Origin: an uncultured delta proteobacterium
Lineage (GTDB): Bacteria; Bdellovibrionota; FAC87; UBA2466
DNA length: 64,000 bases
NCBI GenBank assembly: GCA_963778115.1
Contig: CAVZSV010000004.1
Span: forward strand, 2,624,001 to 2,688,000
Direction: 5' to 3'
Under the pieces are notes generated by a model. It worked only from the letters and a program-made list of their open reading frames with translations, had not been told where the DNA came from and did no database searches. Positions 58,520 through 64,000 of this stretch are shown here, one piece after another; position 1 is the stretch's first letter, and each line of letters opens with the position of its first letter. The position numbers and the translations under genes are program-made.

Positions 58520-59398
58520 CTATTTGGCTACGAGAGGTTCGGAGGCGGTCAAGGTGCGAGTAAACAGGGAAGCGTTGTAGCCTTCATAGAGAGCTTTCTC
58601 ATCTACAAAGTAGTCTTCTCCGGCAAGAGCCTCCGAGTAATGGTTTGCTACTGTGGATAGTGGAGTCACTTTGCATTGCGAAGGCTTCCCGGTGCAAATC
58701 CAAGCGCTTCCTTTTCCATACCGACTTTTAATTGCCAAAATATCTGACTGAGCAAAAGCAGATGTGCTAGCTTGTTGGAGCTCAAAACCCATGGGAAGAT
58801 AGCTAGCGTCAAAAGGGGATCCCTTAGTGATAGCGGCGTGAATGTTACCTGCTAGGATCAGGACAACCTCTTTTTCCTCTTTCTTATACTCTGAAATAAT
58901 ATTTCGAGCCATTTTAGTATCCCGATCCTGGCTTGTGGTCGAATCCATCGGATCAAAGCAATACACTTTAATGTCGTGAAGCCGTTGAAGAGCAGTGAGC
59001 AGATTAGCCATCGCTTTGCTGGATCTGCCGTCCTGAGACGATCTAGTAAAAAACGGAGAAGCTTTCAGAAGCGCTAGGTCGCCAGTAGCTAGAAATTGAT
59101 CGATGGTCTTTTGCTCGGAGCCGGGGATCTCTAGCGCTACAAAAAAAGAACGCTTTTGTTTCTGCAGTAAGCGAACCATGCCATAAACAAATGCCGGAGT
59201 CTCATTCGTTCCGTGCATCTCTCCTACCGTAATCGCTTTATAGTGAGCTAAACTCCCAGCAATATCGTCCGGAAGGTTTTTAAGATCGGTAACCTTGACT
59301 GCATTCTGTCTTAGATAGCCTAGGGACGGTTCGCAGGATGCCTTTGCCCCTGTGCTAATAAGAGCGATCAGGGATAGAAAAACCAAAGTGACTTTCAC
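58520..59398 (-). CDS. Exported hypothetical protein (EreA/ChaN/TraB-like fold suspected)
   Basis: 'VGEMHGT', 'VALE', 'RDTKMA', 'AGNIHA'. Confidence 0.65.
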   Translation of the reverse strand: MKVTLVFLSLIALISTGAKASCEPSLGYLRQNAVKVTDLKNLPDDIAGSLAHYKAITVGEMHGTNETPAFVYGMVRLLQKQKRSFFVALEIPGSEQKTIDQFLATGDLALLKASPFFTRSSQDGRSSKAMANLLTALQRLHDIKVYCFDPMDSTTSQDRDTKMARNIISEYKKEEKEVVLILAGNIHAAITKGSPFDASYLPMGFELQQASTSAFAQSDILAIKSRYGKGSAWICTGKPSQCKVTPLSTVANHYSEALAGEDYFVDEKALYEGYNASLFTRTLTASEPLVAK

Positions 59399-59454
59399 TG
59401 ATACTCCTCCAAAAACAAATGGTAAGAAACTATTATGGGGCTAGATAAGACACT

Positions 59455-60261
59455 TTGCAAAGCAGGGGAGTTTCGGTGATTCGTACTTACGGAAAAACTC
59501 CTTACCACGTGGCGGTGATTCACGGAGGACCCGGCGCACCGGGCTACATGGCCCCCGTTGCCAGAGCTCTTTCAACCTTCGTCGGGGTCATGGAGCCTTT
59601 GCAAAGTAAGCTTAGGCTTTCCGACCAGGTCACAGAGTTAGAAGCGCAGTTGCTGGAGAAGGGGACTGCCCCCTTTTGTCTCATCGGATCGTCGTGGGGA
59701 GCCAATCTCGCTCTTTTTGTAGCAGCAAGACAAAAAGTTCGCGTGGGAAAGCTCATTCTCATCGGAAGTGGCACGTTTGACTTGGCTGGCTCGGAGGAAA
59801 CCAAAAAGCGAAGGGCGGATCGTATCGGCGAAGCGGGGCGTCGTCGCGTTAGCGAAATTCGGGCACAGTTCGAAAAAAATCCAACGCAAGATCAATCGGC
59901 ACTGCTTAGTGAGATGGCAGATCTATTCTTTACGGCGGATGTCTTTGCGCCCCTCACTCGGGATTTAGAAACCTTGGAAGTTCAGCAACAGGTAAATCAA
60001 AATGTGTATGCGGATTTTAAAGTACTTCGTGATGAGCCAGGCCGTTTGAAAAGGGAACTCTCATCGATTACTTGTCCAGTGACCGTGATTCACGGGGACT
60101 ACGATCCCCATCCGATAGAAGCCATTCGATCGTTTCTAGAATCGACCCTTCGTCAGACTACCTTTTTTGTCATTCCGGAATGCGGACACTACCCGTGGAT
60201 AGAGCGAGGGGCGAAGGATGTGTTTTATGAAAGGTTGATACGGGAAATAAAATTCCTATGA
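59455..60261 (+). CDS. Alpha/beta hydrolase
   Basis: 'HGGPG', 'GSSWG', 'HGDYD', 'CGHYPW'. Confidence 0.9.
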   Translation: MQSRGVSVIRTYGKTPYHVAVIHGGPGAPGYMAPVARALSTFVGVMEPLQSKLRLSDQVTELEAQLLEKGTAPFCLIGSSWGANLALFVAARQKVRVGKLILIGSGTFDLAGSEETKKRRADRIGEAGRRRVSEIRAQFEKNPTQDQSALLSEMADLFFTADVFAPLTRDLETLEVQQQVNQNVYADFKVLRDEPGRLKRELSSITCPVTVIHGDYDPHPIEAIRSFLESTLRQTTFFVIPECGHYPWIERGAKDVFYERLIREIKFL

Positions 60262-60746
60262 TCGCAAGGACATAGAAATCTCGAATTGTGGGAATTTTCA
60301 TTGTTTAGTATGTTGTTTCGGATGCGTAAAAGAGGACAATCTACAAAACGACGCGGATTTATCGTCTTTTTGACGTTATTGGCGAGTCTCCTGTTTAGCC
60401 AGCCTTTGTCCTATTCCTGCGCGAATGGCGAAAGCGGCCATCACTGTTCTTCTAAGCTCGAGCAAATTAGGGAAACACGATTGTTGGCTCTGGCAGGGTC
60501 TTCTGCCGAATTACGTCAGGGACATGTGCTGGTCCTAGCCCGGTTCGATGCTTTCGATGGGCCAAACCAAGAAAGAGATGCTGTTCAAGTGCAGCATTAT
60601 GGTCAGAACCTAAAGGCCTCCTTGCGCCAGGTTTCTTGGCCGCTTCGTTGTTGAGCCCCTCTTCTTCTCTCTTTGAAATCCGAAATTAATTTAAATCAAG
60701 TTAGAGATCGCGGCGTCACGTGTTCTCTCTCTTTTGAGGAATTGGT

Positions 60747-61088
60747 ATGTCTATTGAAAAAAACGTATCAGAAAACGAATCTAAGCATGGCCACTCCGTA
60801 TTGTTCGCGCGATTGGCGTGGGCTATGATCGGCCCCTGCGTGCTCTTGGCGGCAGCGGTCCAAGCGGCTAAATCACCCCACTGGCTCACGCTTTGGGAAG
60901 GCGTCTACCTGTTAGCGATCGTCATGATGATTGGAGGTCGCTATGTGGAGCAAAAATCGGGTCACGGGACGACGCTTTACAGTGAGCCTTCCACCTGGGG
61001 GCATTTCAGAGCCTTCGCGTTGAAGACTCTCGTCTTTAGCGTCGCGTTCTGGATTGTAGCAAGAAGTAGCGGAATGTATTTTCTGTAA
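60747..61088 (+). CDS. Small membrane protein
   Basis: GAGGA RBS, three hydrophobic segments. Confidence 0.6.
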   Translation: MSIEKNVSENESKHGHSVLFARLAWAMIGPCVLLAAAVQAAKSPHWLTLWEGVYLLAIVMMIGGRYVEQKSGHGTTLYSEPSTWGHFRAFALKTLVFSVAFWIVARSSGMYFL

Positions 61089-61105
61089 GTAAACCTAATC
61101 AGACC

Positions 61106-61139
61106 GGGGCTCGGCATCTCATTAGGATGACGAGCCCCT
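61106..61139. terminator. Hairpin between convergent genes
   Basis: GGGGCTCG...CGAGCCCC stem. Confidence 0.5.
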
Positions 61140-61149
61140 TGTTCAACCA

Positions 61150-61821
61150 CTACCAAAAACCAGGAACTGTCCCTTCGGGAGAGGCCTTTAGCGCGGGCTC
61201 GCAAACCTTCGTCTCTTGAGGAGATTGATTAGGTTCAATGGCGGTAAGAACGTGAGAGATCTCTTCTTTCAGGGTCGTTTTGACGTACTCAAGTCTCAGC
61301 GATTTCGGAAAACTAGGCTCTACGGGTTGCAAGCACCATTTTCCGCCAGCGGGTCTAGTAAATTGGGTCCCAAAGAGTTGCTTGTGTCCTATTCTGACTA
61401 GATAGCGATCAATTCCTGCCGCCATTAGCCAGCGTTGAGACTCGTCTCCGAGTTTAACTGCCTCATTTGCCCAAATAAACGTTTGATAAAAATGGTCGGG
61501 GCTATTTCCGTGTTGGAAAACAAGGGCTGCGGATGCGTAATCGGAAGCTTTCTTAAAGCAACCTTGAGCAAAGATGGCGGCGACTCTTATTCTGCGACCG
61601 ATGTCTCGAGGATTTATTACTTTCCAGTCGATTGCCTCGACCGGACCGGATCGGTCCGCCTGGTCTTCTTTAACGATTTGGAGAAGCTCCGCGGATCTCG
61701 CATTTTGGATAGATTCGTTCACCTTGCAGTCTTCGGTAACGTCCGATGCCGTTACTTTCGAATGGGTGCAACCTACGAACAGCAAAATTTCTAAACAGAG
61801 GATAAAAACTAACCAGCGCAT
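61150..61821 (-). CDS. Hypothetical lipoprotein
   Basis: Lipobox 'FVGC'; 'DQADR', 'FQHG', 'DRYL...QLFGTQF' motifs. Confidence 0.7.
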   Translation of the reverse strand: MRWLVFILCLEILLFVGCTHSKVTASDVTEDCKVNESIQNARSAELLQIVKEDQADRSGPVEAIDWKVINPRDIGRRIRVAAIFAQGCFKKASDYASAALVFQHGNSPDHFYQTFIWANEAVKLGDESQRWLMAAGIDRYLVRIGHKQLFGTQFTRPAGGKWCLQPVEPSFPKSLRLEYVKTTLKEEISHVLTAIEPNQSPQETKVCEPALKASPEGTVPGFW

Positions 61822-61936
61822 AGCCCCTTTCTAACATGAAGCTGGAGAAGGGGCCATCTGCCTATTCCTTTCCGTATTCTCTTCGTTCACAGCTAAAATA
61901 TTGCGTTGGGTTGAACGTACTTAGTGGAGTGGACGT

Positions 61937-62839
61937 GTGATCCGTGTGGCATTCTTATTATTGTTAACCGTAGTAGCTTTTCCCACTTTGGGGGATACCA
62001 GCTCCGAAAAGAGTCGTTGGGGAGAGCCCGACGATTTAGGAATTCGCTGGGAAACGCTAAGCAGCACTGAGCAGCTGAAATACATCAATCATATGTTAGA
62101 AACGGCTCCCGGAAACTGGGGGGCTCCCGTCAGTCCCGAAACCTTTCAAGCGGTTTACGGAGTGTCAGATGATCCAAGGCTCCTCCGTCTATCCTCTAGC
62201 GAAGAGATTAAAGGTTCGTCCACCCTTTCACGGGCTTCATTTCTAGCGGGATTGGCAACGCCAAAAAAAGGCTCTGATCACCCTACAACCCCGCAATCGT
62301 ATCTAGAATCCAAACAGGTGGAAGTCCATTCAGAGGGAAGTTTGAGCGAAGACAGCGGCCATTGCCTAGGGGTAGCCTGCTACCGCAGGGAACTTCTAGA
62401 CGCCGACGTTCGAAAACAAAGTCCCCGACAGCTAACTCGCGCCCAGATCGTGGAACTTCATAATTCTCTTAACGATCAATACGAGTCGCAGACTCTGCGG
62501 TGGATTGCTCGAAATCCGCAGCGCGGTAGTCGAAGAATTACCTCCAGCCAATTCCGTTCGCAGCAGGATCTTTTGGACTTTGCCAAGAAACATCCGGGAA
62601 TTAACATTGGGATCACACTCGTTCACGATAACTACCATATGGTTCAAGTTTTCAATGTCGGGGGATATCTTGCGGTGGTTGACCCGAATATCCGAGAGAT
62701 AATGTGGGGGCGTTTCGACGAGAAAAGCACAAAGCTATTCTATGCCACCAAAGATGGAAAGATTAGAACCCAAGCCGATGAAGTCTGCCCCCCTCCGCGT
62801 TACTGGAAGGATTTGGATGAACCACACGCGAAAGAGTGA
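61937..62839 (+). CDS. Exported hypothetical protein
   Basis: 300 aa, signal peptide. Confidence 0.6.
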   Translation: MIRVAFLLLLTVVAFPTLGDTSSEKSRWGEPDDLGIRWETLSSTEQLKYINHMLETAPGNWGAPVSPETFQAVYGVSDDPRLLRLSSSEEIKGSSTLSRASFLAGLATPKKGSDHPTTPQSYLESKQVEVHSEGSLSEDSGHCLGVACYRRELLDADVRKQSPRQLTRAQIVELHNSLNDQYESQTLRWIARNPQRGSRRITSSQFRSQQDLLDFAKKHPGINIGITLVHDNYHMVQVFNVGGYLAVVDPNIREIMWGRFDEKSTKLFYATKDGKIRTQADEVCPPPRYWKDLDEPHAKE

Positions 62840-62890
62840 ACCGAGGGAAATACGAAACGCTAACATCGCTACCCAATAAACCGCAGCGTC

Positions 62891-63241
62891 CTATTTTTTT
62901 CCTTTTTCGGCACTCCCTTGAAGTTCCTGCGCGAATCTTTCTAGGTCTTCTAGGGTGCATCGTTCTCCCCACTCTTTGCATCGCTGAGAGATGAGACCAA
63001 TATCCGCTAGCGGATATTTTTGGTGAAGACGTTCTCCAAGCGCAATCCGCCATTTGCGTTCGCAAGCTTCCTTCTTTGCCGCAGTTTGCTTTTCATGATC
63101 CTTCCACTCATAACCGCAGTTCGCATGAACGAACTTAACCAGAAATCTTTGATCTTCCATCGAGGAGACTACAGGTTTGTCGGGAGCGGAAACACACCGA
63201 GCAAGCACAAGGATTAACGAAGCGACTAGGGTCGTCTTCAT
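62891..63241 (-). CDS. Small exported Cys-containing protein
   Basis: Signal-like N-terminus, GAGG RBS. Confidence 0.55.
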   Translation of the reverse strand: MKTTLVASLILVLARCVSAPDKPVVSSMEDQRFLVKFVHANCGYEWKDHEKQTAAKKEACERKWRIALGERLHQKYPLADIGLISQRCKEWGERCTLEDLERFAQELQGSAEKGKK

Positions 63242-63272
63242 GGGAATGTCCTCAAAGTTACTTTGGCCCGAT

Positions 63273-64000
63273 TCATTGCAAGCAGGCGATGATGGATTCG
63301 ATGGCTATTTTAGTCTCTTCCGGACTTCGGACGGAGATAGAATCCACTCCGGCCTCTTTCGCCGGGTAATCGTTGCCATCAGGAAACAGAGCATCTCCGA
63401 TAAAAATCATTTCTTCTATACCTATTTCAAGAATTTCCCGCAGTTTTCTAATCCCATAGCCTTTATCGATACCCGTCTTTGTGACGTCAATGGAAGTAGC
63501 ACCTCCCAAACGAACCGAATATTCGGGAATGATTTTGTCGAGAATAGTTTTCATTTGCTTGCGCTTCGAAAAATCGGGGTCCCACTTTGTTTTCTCTTCC
63601 AACGGAGCCTGTTGACCGAGAGCCGAAAACGTAATCTGGCTGCCGCGATCTTCGATGACCTCTCCCCAGACTTTGTTTGGCTTAAGACCACTTTGCTCGA
63701 CGACGCTATTTAGTGAGTCTACGATCTTAGTTTTTTGATCGGCAGTGAAGCTGTCAAAATAGAGTCGGTTCCAGCCGTTTTCATACTCGTAAAACTGAGT
63801 CCCACAGGTCGGAAGGAGTGAAAGATTTTTCAATCGGTTGTCGCGAGCAAGCTTCGTAACCACTTGCTCTTGAAATTGCTCCCAACGGCCGCCGGAGATG
63901 ACCGCTACCCGACTAACTTTGAGGAGTCGGTTAAGCAGAGAGGCCATTTCAGCGTCTAGGGCTGACTTACTGGCTGCCAAGGTACCGTCTAGATCGAAAA
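63273..64000 (-). CDS. HAD-IIB hydrolase, phosphomannomutase-like (5' end outside the window)
   Basis: 'FDLDGTLAASK' at the window edge, 'EDRGSQITFS', 'GGATSIDVT', 'FIGD...GNDY'. Confidence 0.88.
   Translation of the reverse strand, partial: FDLDGTLAASKSALDAEMASLLNRLLKVSRVAVISGGRWEQFQEQVVTKLARDNRLKNLSLLPTCGTQFYEYENGWNRLYFDSFTADQKTKIVDSLNSVVEQSGLKPNKVWGEVIEDRGSQITFSALGQQAPLEEKTKWDPDFSKRKQMKTILDKIIPEYSVRLGGATSIDVTKTGIDKGYGIRKLREILEIGIEEMIFIGDALFPDGNDYPAKEAGVDSISVRSPEETKIAIESIIACLQ

Noticed and set aside
60286..60654. 122-aa ORF as a confident CDS
   Set aside because: Start is unclear and there is no family signal. It may be real but is unsupported.

Overview
Bacterial accessory region with no obvious housekeeping operon except nrdAB. 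The many secreted hypothetical proteins suggest a Bdellovibrionota/deltaproteobacterium-like host, but this is only an impression. The main structure is an intact tRNA-Arg(TCT) at 8623-8696. Four direct copies of its 3' half follow (23245, 26069, 34146, 39684), each beginning at the anticodon loop. They delimit four tandem cargo segments of about 14.6, 2.8, 8.1 and 5.5 kb. The att-like ends fall into two reused families: a 205-bp repeat about 96% identical, and a family sharing a 31-bp core. Two segments have matching tandem arm-like motifs at both ends, and IHF-like sites flank the cores, yet no integrase is recognisable anywhere in the window. Segment 1 encodes TolC/MacAB, a two-component system with 10-bp-periodic boxes and five low-complexity exported proteins, including a (GGMMGG)n protein and a Pro-tailed Flp-like pilin. 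Segments 2-4 carry integron-like cargo: GNATs, an APH(6)-like kinase, GrpB, NIPSNAP, toxin-antitoxin pairs, a GIY-YIG mini-element and an IS50-like IS with a 9-bp target duplication. Left flank: CheB/CheR-PAS histidine kinase, a receiver protein, and an AAA/DUF4143 ATPase with a 33-bp-period repeat array. Right flank: decayed genes, a poly-G frameshifted oxidoreductase, a cobalamin riboswitch upstream of class I nrdAB, and assorted enzymes. All assignments are by eye from motifs; no database searches were run.
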